A program made the position numbers and the translations under genes. From the NCBI GenBank assembly GCA_951406725.2, contig OX597823.1, forward strand, positions 56,606,001-56,670,000: a stretch of 64,000 bases of DNA, read 5' to 3'. The notes under the pieces are model-generated. The model saw only the letters and a program-made list of their open reading frames with translations. It searched no databases and was not told the origin of the DNA. The DNA comes from Octopus vulgaris. Its lineage: Eukaryota. Positions 32,170 to 47,010 of the stretch are shown in pieces. Within the stretch, counting starts at the first letter, position 1, and each line of letters opens with the position of its first letter.

Positions 32170-32937
32170 CTTTTAACTATAAGCACAAGGCCTGAAATTT
32201 TAGGGGAGGGGAATAGTTGATTACATCTATTCTAGTGCTCAGCTGAGACTTATTTCGTCGAAATCGTAATGAAAGGCAAAGTCGACCACGGTCGACGAAA
32301 TGCCACTAAGCATATTTCCGGCGTTCTAACGATTCCCATTTCTTTATTGCCCACAAGGGGCTAAACACAGAGAGAACAAACAAGGACAGACAAAGGGGTT
32401 AAGCCGATTAGATCGACCCCAGTGCGTAACTGGTACTTATTTTATCCACCTCCCGAGAAGATGAAAGGCAAAATCGACCTCGCCGGAATTTGAACTCAGA
32501 ACGTAACGGCAGACGAAATGCCTATTTCTTTACTGCCCACAAAGGGCTACACACAGAGGGGACAAACAAGGACAGACAAACAGATTAAGTCGATTACATC
32601 GACCCCAGTGCATAACTAGTACTTAATTTATCGAGCCCCGAAAGGATGAAAGGCAAAGTCGACCTCGGCGGAATTTGAACTCAGAACATAGCGGCAGATG
32701 AAATACCTATTTCTTTGCTACCCACAAGAGGTTAAACACTGAGAGGACAAACAAGGACAGACAAACGGATTAAGTCGATTATATCGACCCCAGTGCGTAA
32801 CTGGTACATATTTAATCGACCCCGAAAGGATGAAAGGCAAACTCGACCTCGGCGGAATTTGAACTCAGAACGTAGCGGCAGACGAAATACTGCTAAACAT
32901 TTCGCTCGGCGTTCTAACGATTGTGCCAGCTCGCCGA
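32170..32937 (-). mobile_element. SINE family B tandem array (185-bp units starting 32338, 32523, 32708)
   Basis: Junctions GA(C/T)GAAAT(G/A)CC|TATTTCTTT recur at the same head position. Confidence 0.85.
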
Positions 32938-33029
32938 CTTCAGTAGACGTTTTGTTTGTAGTCTTGCTGCCTGTTTTTTTGTACCATCTCGAAAGATTAC
33001 ATTATCCATTAAATATTTCCATTGTTTCG

Positions 33030-33345
33030 AGATCGACTTGGTCTTTCATCCTTTTCGGATCGATAAATTAAAGTACCATTTGCGTACTGGGATCGATGTA
33101 ATCGAGTGGCCCCCCTCTCCAAAGATTTCTGGCCTTGTGCCTAGAGTATAAAAGAACATATCCATCCTTTCTTGAAGGCGGTGAGCTGGCAGAATCATTA
33201 ACACGCCGGGCAAAATGATTAGCGGCATATCGCCTGTCTACATTCTGTGTTCAAATTCTGCCGAAATCAACTTTGCTTTTCATCCTTTCGGGGTCGACAA
33301 AATAATTACCCCGAAACTGCTGGCCTTGTGCCAAAATTTGAAATC
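33030..33345 (+). mobile_element. Two SINE family B copies in opposite orientation to the array
   Basis: GGCGGTGAGCTGGCAGAATCATTA...TTTCATCCTTTCGGGGTCGA. Confidence 0.7.
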
Positions 33346-33753
33346 AGTATTCCCATTCTTTGTGTAAGACGAAAGGTCTAGTGGTTTTCTGGGTGATTCA
33401 GCCGCTATTTCTTCTACAGCGTAACGCGAATCTTGAGGGCCATTGTTTAACTCTGGAGCCTTCATGATTAGGTGTTTTGTAGTGGTTGGTTTGTAGGTAG
33501 TGACAAACAATATGAAGGTTAAATAGAGTTCTTTGTTTCTCTTCTCTATCTCCCTCTCTTTCTATATCGCTCTCCCCGTCTCTCCCACACATATATCCCA
33601 ATTCAAAAATTCAAAAAACCTGCTAATTTAGGAACTTGAGCAAGCGTGCTTTTCAGAGAAATTTGTCTGCTACTTCTCATCTGTGCAGCCGTTCTCAGAA
33701 ATTCCCCAATCGGTAATTAAAGCTCGCTGTGTGTTAGTTCGTAGTTCCTGACA

Positions 33754-33801
<48 letters not shown>

Positions 33802-34521
33802 TTAAGCTATCGTACATAAAAGAAGCCACTATATACTAATCCAATAATACTAGATAATGTTAATACAATGAGTCTCAAATTAATTATAAGTAATGTAATT
33901 TGATAAGAAAAATAGATTCAATAACTAGTATTATTTTAGGTATTTCAGCAAGTTGACTGCGGAATTCTCTGATCTTATTGTAGGAAGGTTACTACCGTGC
34001 CCAACTCATTTTATTTTGAGTGTGAAGCTGATGTCGTTAGATTTAGGACTTGAAGAATATATTCCACATTTTAATGGGTGTTTAATGGAGAATTGAACTC
34101 ATAACCACCGGGTTATGAAACGAACTTCAGCTTCCTTGACATGGTAGGTAAATTCCCTGCCGAGTTAAGACTTTTCGTTACTTAAACACCACGACTTCTA
34201 CACCAGGATCATAAAACAAAACCTACCAAAGGTGGATGAACTCTGATATTCTGTGTAGGTAGTAATGCATAACATCAGAATGAAGTCACATCAAAAGTTA
34301 ATTACAAGTACAACACAGACGTTCGGGGCGCTCATAACCCGAACCTTGTCATAATCCGTACTAATTTACAACCAGGAACTTCAAATTCCACGGCCTCTAG
34401 ACTAATGTATTGGTACCTTGTACGGTGCAGTATTAATAAACATGTATAATTTATACTAATGTACAGGTACCTGTATTTCATTTAATTATTTAAGTAAATC
34501 TAATACTTGTGTAATTTAGAG

Positions 34522-34773
34522 CACTGTTTCTCAACTATATTTGTTTTTTACCTATGGACCCTTTTGATTCCTATTTTACTCGGATGGACTCTCAGAACCA
34601 TTCGATGTTTAAAAGCATTATATATATTTATGATCAAATATTAGAAATTTAAAAAAGAATTGCTCAAATATTTTGTGTATTATAGAAATATAGTCAATTT
34701 ATTGTAGATAAATTTTAACAAAATCTTATATAAACACCCCAAAGGCCATATGGACTCCATTTGAGAACCCCTG
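34522..34773. mobile_element. hAT (Charlie-like) MITE with 8-bp TSD
   Basis: TIRs CACTGTTTCTCAAC / TTTGAGAACCCCTG; TSD ATTTAGAG (34514-34521) / ATTTAGAA (34774-34781). Confidence 0.8.
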
Positions 34774-35504
34774 ATTTAGAATGTGACCACCCTTGATTCG
34801 GAAATTCATTATCCGGAATGGTTTTAAAACCAAAAGGTCCGGAAAATCCATGCTGCGCATGTATATCCGGGACCAGTAGCAACCCTGAATGACCAAGACC
34901 AAGACAGGCGAAAAAGATTCAGGTCCTGCAACAGTAGAAATGCTAAAGGAACTAATTAACGGTCTGTTGGAGAATAAATGTAAAATGAGGTTATAAATTC
35001 ATTAAATTAATCTTCATATATTTAGTTGAGTTGCGTCTCTTGCAACAATTTTGTATTTAGAAAAAGAAAATTGACGTAGCCTAACGGAAGTTAAAGTGAC
35101 AACTTAGAAAAAAAATCAACATATGTTGTTCCAGAAATACAGCAAAGAGACAAGATAAAAAAAAAAGAAAATAACAAAAAGAAAAGAAACAAAAAGAACA
35201 AACAAAAACATTTTAGAGATTCACTTTGAAGCAATACATCAATTATAAATACTGACGGATTTGTAAATATTTTTGTTTGTTTAGATATTTACTCTATTTT
35301 GTAGCATACAAGTCGAATACTTCAGACCAAATTTTACAGCCAAAAAGAGGTAGGTCGAGTTATACACCCAGACGACCTTAGAAAACCCCAAATTCCATGT
35401 AGAGGTTCGAATGTTAGTTTGTGATGCACAGTTTTATATGACAGATGCAGAGTTGTCTTAACAGCATTCAGGGATCCCCGAGTAAATCAATGCACCGAAC
35501 CCTA

Positions 35505-35890
35505 TACTCTTTTACTTGTTTCAGTCATTTGACTGCGGTCATGCTGGAGCACCGCCTTTAGTCGAGCAAATCGACCCCAGGACTTATTCTTTGTAAGCCT
35601 AGTACTTATTCTGTCGGTCTCTTTTGCCGAACCGCTAAGTTACGGGGACATAAACACACCAACATCAGTTGTCAAGTGATGTTGGGGGACAAACACAGAC
35701 ACACAAACATATACACACATATACACGACGGGCTTTTTTTAGTTTCCGTCTACCAAATCCACTCACAAGGCTTTGGTCTGCCCGAGGCTATAGTAGAAGA
35801 CACTTGCCCAAGGTGCCATGCAGTGGGACTGAACCCGGAACCATGTGGTTGGTAAGCAAGCTACCTACCCAACAGCCACTCCTACACCTA
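35505..35890 (-). mobile_element. SINE family A, full length
   Basis: Close match to the reverse complement of 38901-39320. Confidence 0.88.
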
Positions 35891-36360
35891 TAGCATAAAT
35901 TTATTGAGAAGAAGCCCCTACATTCATAGATTAGAACTGAGGCTCTAGACCGATGAGATCCCCAGGAAAACGCCCAAGCATTAAGATGGTACAGGATAGA
36001 TGCATGCTTATAGGAATATTTGAACTCTCAAAGACTAAAGTTTATGAAATACGCCTTCATTACATTCTGCATCCGTTGCAAGAGTGACACGTACATATTT
36101 TATCAATTTATCGAACCCCTATAAAACTGGACTGGGCTTTAGAAAGACAGTGTTTTTTAAATGCAACACAGTCGAGCACCGCTTAAAAGAGACGAATCTT
36201 CGACCTTTTAAACAATAGACAGACAGCCTAATGACTCGACCAAGCAAGTTTTGCGAGGATTACCATTGGATCAGTAAGCTGAAAGTAGCACAAATCAAGA
36301 ATGTAATGAGTTATTCACAGATTTATTAGACTGAAACATAGAGAGAACATTCTTGAAAGA

Positions 36361-36461
<101 letters not shown>

Positions 36462-36566
36462 GATTGTCTGTTTGTCTGACTCTCTCTCTCTCTCTATCTG
36501 TCTATTTATCTATCTTTCTGTCTATCTGTTGTCTGTCTTTCTGCATGTCTGTCTGTCTGTCTATCG

Positions 36567-36662
<96 letters not shown>

Positions 36663-37588
36663 ATCTATCTACATACATTCATACCTATATACAAGCTCGT
36701 GTGCACACACATGCACTCATACACACGAATACACAAACACACACACACACACATACACACACACACGTATACGTCTGTCTGTGCTGAATTCTGCCATTCT
36801 GCCGTTCTGCCATTAGGAATGAGGTCAGTTATAATTACTGGCTAATCTATTATTTCTTCAACGGTCTATGGGCTTCATTCTTCGCCTCTTGTAAGGAAAC
36901 TGCACACATGATTGGTTCGAATGAATATTAACAAACAGCGACTCGTTCAATAACTTACCGCCATCTTGCTAATGCTTAACCAGTTGTAAACGGAACGCAG
37001 CGGACCATAAGTATCAACACCTAATACCGTGTCTATTGGGTCAGCAATCGACTGAATCAGCAGACAAGTGATTAAAAATAAAATAGTAATAGTCTTAAAT
37101 ACCGCCTTAAATACTTATTTGGATGGTCAAACATTTTAAAACATGAAAAACAATCCTTTAATTGACTTATAAATGTACTACGCTTTTTTTAAATTCTATA
37201 TTTTGTATGACTTCATTCTTGAAAAGGTGTTTGTGTGCGTATGTATGTATGTATGTATGTTTGTATGTATGTATGTATGTATGTATGCATGTATGAATGT
37301 ATGTATGTATGTATGTATATATATATGCCTGTGTGTATATATGTATGCATATATGAATGATTGCGTATACACACACATACATGCCTATATACACATATGC
37401 TTGAATGTATGCATATATATGTATCTATCTATATATATTATATATGTGTATATATACATATATTTATATCTATATGAATATATGCATATATCTATGTATA
37501 TTTATATGCATATATATACATATATATGTATATATATATATATACTTACATACATATATATATATATGTATATACATATGCGTATATG

Positions 37589-37621
<33 letters not shown>

Positions 37622-37940
37622 ATATATATAAATAAATATAAATATATATATATATATATGATGTTTGTGTATAGTTGCGTGCATGTGTTTCTGAATGTAA
37701 GCGTGTGAATGAGCTTTATCAACGTGTTATTTTTTAGCGGAGACATAAAAAAATTAGAAAATTGGAGGAAAACAAATAATCGACAAAAAGAAACTCGCCC
37801 CCCACCACCCACCAAAAGACAGATATACCATATACTCCCACTGTCACTTTTATACACGCGTAAATTTGTATAAATGACCAGGGCCTCTATGTCCCAGTTG
37901 GTTAGTAAAAAAAAGATAATTCCTCTCCTCTCTCTCGGCT

Positions 37941-37983
<43 letters not shown>

Positions 37984-38008
37984 GTATATATATATGTATA
38001 TACATATG

Positions 38009-38074
<66 letters not shown>

Positions 38075-38178
38075 GTTAATCCAAACAAGAAAACACAGTC
38101 AAAAAGAGAAAAAAACAGCAACGCGAGGACGTGGAACAATTAAAGTATTATTGACGCTCAGGAAAGAAGGGAAGGAAG

Positions 38179-38213
38179 GTTTAACGTTTCGAGCGGAGCT
38201 CTTCGTCGGAAAC
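38179..38213 (-). ncRNA. Minimal hammerhead motif (core CCGACGA plus extra A) in a Penelope-like fragment (38084-38287)
   Basis: Minus strand GTTT-CCGACGAA-GAGC TCC GCTC-GAAA-CGT-T-AAAC; fragment flanked by (TA)n on both sides. Confidence 0.7.
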
Positions 38214-38341
38214 AAGGAGAAGGAAAGATCCCAAGAAGGGAAGACAGAGGAAAAAATATTTTTGCTGGTGGTGCTCAAGAGATCACATATATATATATAT
38301 ATATATATACACATACATACATACATACATACATACATACA

Positions 38342-38412
<71 letters not shown>

Positions 38413-38900
38413 ATATGTATTTATGCTCACTCCCCCCCCCTATATAAATATATATATATATATATATACAAGCATGTACAAAATGAATTATCTGTACTAG
38501 TAGAAGCACCGTCCTCCTAGCTGTTTTCGGTTTTCTGCTAGACGATATAATGTCTGCTTCTTAAAAGCTATGATGTGCACTTCTGCCTGTATAGATATGT
38601 TAGTATGTATGTATGTATGTATGTATGTATGTATGTATGTATGTATGTATGTATGTATGTATGTATGTATGTATGTATTATGTTTTCTTTGTATGTATAT
38701 AGGCATGTATGATGTATATATATATAAGTATGCTAGGCCACTGGTTTTACATTGATATTAATTAATTAATATTAATATCTACGCTCATTATTTAACTTTT
38801 AAATAACCATGTTCTCTAACCGGTAAATTCGCTGCAGAAATTTATCAACTGCGGAGTTCTTCAGGGCTTCAGCGCACCAAAATAAAAACATTTGAAATAT

Positions 38901-39320
38901 AGGCGCAGGAATGGCTGTGTGGTAAGTAGCTTGCTTACCAACCACATGGTTCCGGGTTCAGTCCCACTGCGTGGCACCTTGAGCAAGTGTCTTCTGCTAT
39001 AGCCTCGGGCCGACCAATGCCTTGTGAGTGGATTTGGTAGACGGAAACTGAAAGAAGCCTGTCGTATATATGTGTATATATATATATATATGTATGTATA
39101 TGTGTGTATATGTTTGTGTGTCTGTGTTTGTCCCCTTAGCATTGCTTGACAACCGATGCTGGTGTGTTTATGTCCCCGTTACTTAGCGGTTCGGCAAAAG
39201 AGACCGATAGAATAAGTACTTGGCTTACAAAGAATAAGTCCCGGGGTCGATTTGCTCGACTAAAGGCGGTGCTCCAACATGGCCGCAGTTAAATGACTGA
39301 AACAAGTAAAAAAAGTAAAG
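38901..39320 (+). mobile_element. SINE family A, full length, young-looking
   Basis: GGCGCAGGAATGGCTGTGTGGTAAG (A box), GGTTCAGTCCC (B box), internal microsatellite, CR1-like tail. Confidence 0.9.
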
Positions 39321-39862
39321 TAATACCCTCAAATATAATTGGCAGAACCTTATATATACTCTCTTTCGGGAGAACGTCTTGTGTCTAGTTATTTGAATTA
39401 TGTTTCCCATGCAACGGCTGCACTGAAGAACAACGGACATTTACATTTGTAAATGTTAATAGCGAAATTTAGGTATGTAGCTTATTGCCAAACCTTGTAT
39501 CTATTCATTTGTCTTACTCGTTTTACATTCTGGTGTTGGCTGAAATTTCTTGAGAACACATTCTTCGGGGTAATACGACTTGGTGTTTTCTTCTAGCATA
39601 TTAGGAATCCACCTTGGTGGTTATTCCTCTTATGTATGTATGTAATATAATTTCTTAATCTTCGGATTTTTTAAAGTACACTAAGCCAGTGGTTTAAATT
39701 GATATTAATTCCTTAATATTAATTTTTACCCTCATTATTTGTTTGTTTTACATTCTGGCGTTTGCTGAAATTTCTTGAGAACATATTCTTCGCGGTAAGA
39801 CGAGTTGGCGTGTTCTTCTAACATATTAGGAATCCACCTTTGTGGTTATTGATCTTATATAT

Positions 39863-40094
39863 GTTTCTTTATTACCCACAAGGGGCTAGACACAGAGGGG
39901 ACAAACAAGGACAGACAAACGGATTAAGACGATTACATCGACCCTAGTGCTTAACTGGTACTTAATTTATCGACCCCGAAAGGATGAAAGGTAAAGTCGA
40001 CCTCGGCGGAATTTGAACTCAGAACGTAGCGGCAGACGAAATACGGCTACGCATTTCGCCCGGCGTGCTAACGGTTCTGCCAGCTCGACGCCTT
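39863..40094 (-). mobile_element. SINE family B, full length
   Basis: Complete head GGCGTCGAGCTGGCAGAACCGTTAGC through tail GCCCCTTGTGGGTAATAAAGAAA on the minus strand. Confidence 0.85.
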
Positions 40095-40131
40095 TTTATC
40101 AACTTTTGATCTTATATATATATATATTGAT

Positions 40132-40169
<38 letters not shown>

Positions 40170-40185
40170 CACACACACACGTGTG

Positions 40186-40247
<62 letters not shown>

Positions 40248-41214
40248 CATATACATGTATACTCATATATATATATAAGTGTGTATATATATGTATATAC
40301 ATATATGTGTATATATATAGGTATGTGTGCGTCTGTGTATATATACCTGTTGAGACTCACAGCGGCGATGGCATAGGGCTGAGATAATTGGCAATTTGCA
40401 ATTTATTTGGAAGAACCATGCAGCAGATTAAACTTGAAGCCATGCAGGAGTGCCGTTTATGTTTATATCCCTGTCAAATCATTCCCCCACAACTCATCTT
40501 TATAGCATCACCACCCCACTCCATTTGGGGTTTAATGTTTCCCGTATAAGGTGGCGAGCTGGCAGAAACGTTAGCACGCCTGAGTTCAAATTCCACTGAG
40601 GTCGACTTTGCTTTTCATCCTTTCGCGGTCGATCTAATCGACTGGCTCCCTCCCACCAAATTTCGGGCCTTGTGCCTAGAGTAGAAAAGAGGGAGAATTA
40701 GAGTTGACTGTAAACTATAAGGCTGAAAAGATACTGGCTCATAGTCTGTGGTACAGCAGTTCAATCCAGAGAGGGTGGCTCTTTCCATATCATCAACAGA
40801 AATTAGTCATATGCTTACAACCGTTGAAAACTTTGGATCTAGAATTCAGCCGTGTTAGAGTTCTTAGATTTGAAAAGGATCTGAGTTCTATCAGCTACGC
40901 ACAGCTTACATTTTTTGATAAGTTACCATATAATGTGAAATTTTCGACTATTTTCCACTTTATCGTATGTCGTGTGGTGTTCGACTTCAAACCCCATAGT
41001 GACTAACCAACTTAGTAGCTTTAATTTTGTCTCTATGTTGGAAGGATGGCATGTGATTAGCATAGCCATTTTTTAATTCGTCTTCACATAGTCCGATATA
41101 GCTTCTTTTTGCCTCTTTCTGTTTTCTTCCTCCGTGTCTCTCTCTCCCTCTCTTTCTCTCTCTTTCATACACACACACACACACACACACGATCCTGTAT
41201 CTTAACTGGATTTT

Positions 41215-41840
41215 CCTGTTAAACGAGGATGTGCTGTTAGAACATACTATACTGCGGTAGATACCATGAGATAAACTCTCATATTAGCTTTCGGTGCAAA
41301 ATGCAGTTGTGTTTATATCGCTATCTCCGCCACTTCCAGCACCGAGACCACCAGCTCACGTAATTTCGATCTTCCTTGGTCTCATCAATGATGGACGCTT
41401 GACCGCTAGAGATAGCAGACTCACTCCCACCCGCCAACGATATACAAAAAAAAAAAACAGTGCCAAAACAAGCGCTAGCGTCGCGATTAGCCAGTAAATT
41501 TGTTAAAAAATATATACTAGCGGTAGAGGCAGCATCAATCCCAAGAGATAATATTTATACCCATTTAAACGTGGATGTTCTATTAGAATGAACTATACTA
41601 CGATAGATATCTCATATAGGTTTTTGGTGCAAAATGCAGTCTTGTTTATATTGTTAGCGGGGAGATAAATCCCCACCACGTCCAGCGCTGCACCCACTAG
41701 GTCACATGATTTCGACCTTCCTTGGTCTCGTCAACGATGGACGTTCGACTGCTAGAAGCAGCAGCGAGTCATCTCCCCCGCAAGCGATATATAGAAAAAA
41801 CAGTGCCAAAACCAAAACAGTCGCTGGTGTCGCTATATGA
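41215..41840 (-). repeat. Diverged tandem dimer (346-bp period), each unit with a degenerate hammerhead motif; retrozyme-like
   Basis: Shared AAACG.GGATGT.CT.TTAGAA, GGTGCAAAATGCAGT, TTCCTTGGTCTC, AAAACAGTGCCAAAAC; motifs at 41348-41394 and 41694-41740. Confidence 0.7.
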
Positions 41841-42012
41841 TGTCTTGATGGAAAACTACGACGGAACCGAAATTTTTGAGCTATCGAGTCTGTATTTTAA
41901 CAGGATTTTCCAGTTGTTGCTTGAAAAGCATTTTCGTAAATTTCGAGCATTTAAGTATAAGAGAGACCCTATTAAAAATATCAGAAGATACCTCACCTTG
42001 CAGCATATACGC

Positions 42013-42067
<55 letters not shown>

Positions 42068-42826
42068 CCTGCACACACACGCGCACACAGAGCCTATATT
42101 ATAATAGCATTTACCTGATGTGAATGATCATATTTAACTAATATTATCACAGATATATCCCTTACTCCGACCATCACTAGTTTCAGTTTACTTCACAAAT
42201 CCTTTGTCCTTTTTTTTTTTTATATTCTCTTTAACACGAGAAATTGAGTAGATTTTTCCCAAAATCAGAAATTCAGTAAGTTAAAGTAGAACAACGGTAA
42301 TAGAGATAAAGTTAAAATTAAGAGAAGATCATCTAGAATATTCTAAATGATCACCAGACAAAAGGTGAAATGAGAAGATTCTATTTAATATTTAAAATAA
42401 TGGCATCACACGTTGAATGTTTGCAATTTTTCACAATTTGATCAGGAAATTTTCCTCCACGACACGACAGAATTCATAGAATATATTTTATATTTATATC
42501 TATATCTATATAATTAGGAAAAATTGCTTAGATTGTTATTCCAGAAATATTTTACACCGAAATCACTTTTAAAGCAATATTTCATTATTAATTCTTTTCT
42601 TTTACTTTTATTATTTATTTTAGGCATCAATTTGTCATTTATATGTATGTTTGTGTGTGTACACATACACACACACGCACACACACACATATATATATAT
42701 ATACACACACAAGGATGTATGTATATATGTTCGTATGTATGTATATATACGTATGTGTATATGTGTGTGTATGTGTGCAAACATTTTTGTATATGCATAC
42801 ATATGTATACGTATCTATAGACTGAC

Positions 42827-42868
<42 letters not shown>

Positions 42869-42897
42869 GTGTGTGTGTGTGTGTGTATAAATGAATG

Positions 42898-42942
<45 letters not shown>

Positions 42943-43239
42943 CTATATGTGCATATTCATGTTTTTATATATTTGTATGTCCTCTTTTATTCGTTTACTG
43001 ATTACAACCATTATACATGCAATGTGTGTGTGTATATATATACATATGTATGCATATAAAATATATGCATACATATATTCATTCGTACGTACACACCCAA
43101 GCATGCATACACAGTCACATACAAAGGGACAGATACACGACACACACAGACAGAGGGGAGGGGAGAAAGAGAGAGAGAAGGGGAGAGAAAAAGGTTTATA
43201 CACATCACTATTTGTACTTGCGTGTGTTATCACTGGAGA

Positions 43240-43411
43240 TTGAATGATGAAGATATGAGAAGGAGGAGGAGGAAATATTTTATGAGTATATTGATGATCA
43301 TGGGGATGATGATGATGATGATGATGATGATGACAATGATGATGAAGATGATTATGAAAATGCTAATGATTTTGATGACGATTCCAGTTACACATTTTAA
43401 TAATCATAACA

Positions 43412-43446
<35 letters not shown>

Positions 43447-43978
43447 CGACGACAATTGCGGCTATGATGACGATGAACAATATCAATGGAAATGAAATCA
43501 ACAATAACAACGACAACATGAATAATAACGAGAACAGAAATAACAGTAACAACAACAACCACCATAATAATAATAATGATGATGATAATAATAATAATAA
43601 TAATAACAACAACAACAACAACAATAATAATAATAATAACGATGATAATAATAATATTGTATTAAAGTTAATAAATTGAGTTATTCATCATAATTTGGTC
43701 CTAAATTTTTCTTCATCTCCGCCAGAACGAAAATAATGTGATTTATTAATACGCATCAACAAAATAAACGACTCTACATTAGACTGAATAACAAAGTTCC
43801 TGACACAGGCTCTTCAGTTACAACTGCAATTTGAAGGTTGCTTTGTTTTTAGTGTCTGTAGCTGTTGGTAGTTTGTTTAACGTCTGGCTACAATAAATCT
43901 TGACTAAACCAGTTCGAGAACATGTCAGTTGGTTGTTATATATGTTTATGTATGTATGTATGCATGTATGTATGTCTG

Positions 43979-44010
<32 letters not shown>

Positions 44011-44128
44011 TGTATGTATGTATGTATGTATGTATGTATGTATGTATGTATGCATGTCTGTATATGTATGTATATGTATGTATATGTATATGTATGTATA
44101 TGTATGTATATGTGTATATATATGTATG

Positions 44129-44203
<75 letters not shown>

Positions 44204-44236
44204 GTATGTGTATATTCGCACATATATATGTTTGTA

Positions 44237-44280
<44 letters not shown>

Positions 44281-44438
44281 TATATAGTGTATGTGTATGT
44301 ATATATATATATATTTTTTTGAATACATACATGTATTTGTATATATGTAGATTTATATATATGTTTATATGTATGTATATATGTATATGTATGTTGTCTA
44401 TATATGCGTATGCATATATATATATATATGTATGCATA

Positions 44439-44490
<52 letters not shown>
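43240..44490. repeat. (GAT)n/(AAT)n/(AAC)n then (TATG)n/(TA)n microsatellites
   Basis: Direct reading. Confidence 0.9.
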
Positions 44491-44491
<1 letters not shown>

Positions 44492-44668
44492 GTATGAGTG
44501 TTACCATATTGTCATAAACAATATTTATATTAAAAAATCAAGAACAAAAACAAACCACAAATAATAGCGTCCAAAAACAGACATTGATGAAGGTGAAACT
44601 GAATAAATAAATAATAAGATTAATGAAAAAAATATATTTAGAATTGAACATAACCTAATATAACATAG

Positions 44669-44727
44669 CAAAAACGGGAAAGCATAAATGTGTAGACATT
44701 AGGAATTGTAATTCTTTCAGGAATTAG
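44669..44727 (+). other. Candidate 59-nt exon, copy 1 (KTGKHKCVDIRNCNSFRN*)
   Basis: Bounded by TAG| and |GTTGGT; paralogue at 58988. Confidence 0.3.
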
Positions 44728-44764
44728 GTTGGTAACCTTACTAAGAGGTCTAATAATAATAAAG

Positions 44765-44825
<61 letters not shown>

Positions 44826-44843
44826 CCATGATGCTGCTGCTAA

Positions 44844-44958
<115 letters not shown>

Positions 44959-45159
44959 TATAAATGTCCTACGCAGCACCAGGTACTGGTTCTCATGGCT
45001 TCTGATCTTAACTGATTAGAAGTTATCATGTACATTGTTTTACCTTGGTATAAAAGATGGGCTACATCAAATATTCTGCTCAATACCACAGATTTGCTTG
45101 GTCTCTTGGTGTCTGAGGATACCTGCATCTCTGATCACGCGCAGAAATAGTGTGGTAGC

Positions 45160-45285
45160 ATCACGCCAGAAAAGGACACAGCAAATGAGAAAGGAACCAT
45201 ACTATGGAATATACCAATACACACAGATAGAGAAATTAAGGTCAATAGGCCAGATATAGTTGTCAGAGATCATCAAGAAAAAATG
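45160..45285 (+). mobile_element. R4/Dong fragment (RLE region)
   Basis: Matches 45700-45815 (CACAGATAGAGAAATTAAGG...CCAGATATAGTTGTCAG). Confidence 0.75.
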
Positions 45286-45596
45286 GGGGAGCAGCATAGC
45301 CATGTGTTGAGAGGAATTATTTGGGGTTTGAATAATTCACCTCTGGAAACATGGGCGTTTCGTTCAACATCTTTAGACAACCCTTAATCAGGCACTTTTT
45401 GAGCGGGATGAGCTACTTAACCCGAAGAAAATTTTTACTGGGTCACACCTCCAACAGCATGCGCTGTTTATCTTGATATGGCTGTGGTGCTTGTGCCTGA
45501 TGTACATTTATCAGACGGGTAATCATGATGTGCATATTGGGCCTCGTATATTTCTACCCCAGTGTCACTTTGATGGTACACGCTGCTCTCCCACTC

Positions 45597-45650
<54 letters not shown>

Positions 45651-45660
45651 TATTATTATT

Positions 45661-46295
<635 letters not shown>

Positions 46296-46321
46296 TAATA
46301 ATAATAATAATAATAATAATG

Positions 46322-46392
<71 letters not shown>

Positions 46393-46414
46393 GATAATGA
46401 TAATAATAATTAAA

Positions 46415-47010
46415 TATAGCGTCCTATGTAGGTAATCGTGAAGAAAGTTTATTAAGAGCTGCTAGAGTCACAGCAGGACATAGGGAAACCAAAAAGCCAA
46501 ATGAAGTTAAAAACCAGAAAAATGAACAAAAGTTATCTAATTGGCAAGAGAAGGCTTTGCATGGTAGATTCCTAAAGATAGTTGCAGCAAATAGTAGTAG
46601 TGAGACATGGTTATGGTTGCAGAAAAGAAGGCTGAAGGGTTTGTTAGCAGCAACACAAGATTAAGCATTAAAGAGTTATTAGATAAAAGCCAAGATAGAG
46701 AAAAATCAAATAGATTCCCAATGTAGGTTATGCAAATCAAAAGAGGTAAGTGTTACTCATATAGTAAGTAAATGTAGCACAGAAAGAGTACAAGAAAAGG
46801 CATAACAACTTAGGGAAGGTAATTCACTGGGAACTATGCAGAAAGCTAGGATTTGAACATACTGATAAATTGTATGAACATGAACCTAGTAAAGTACTAG
46901 AAAGTGAGAAATATAAGAAGTTGCGGGACTGACAGTATAATAGAAGCTAGAAGACCCGATTTGGTAGAAGTAGATAAAGAGAGTAGAAAATGTCACATAA
47001 TTGACTCTAA
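46415..47010 (+). pseudogene. Older, different R4/Dong family remnant (zinc knuckle plus RLE)
   Basis: LHGRFL, CRLCKSKEVSVTHIVSKC, RHNNLGKVIHWELCRK, EARRPDLVEVDK in patchwork frames. Confidence 0.75.

Noticed and set aside
41722-42123. 133-aa ORF
   Set aside because: Starts inside the non-coding tandem unit and ends in (CA)n
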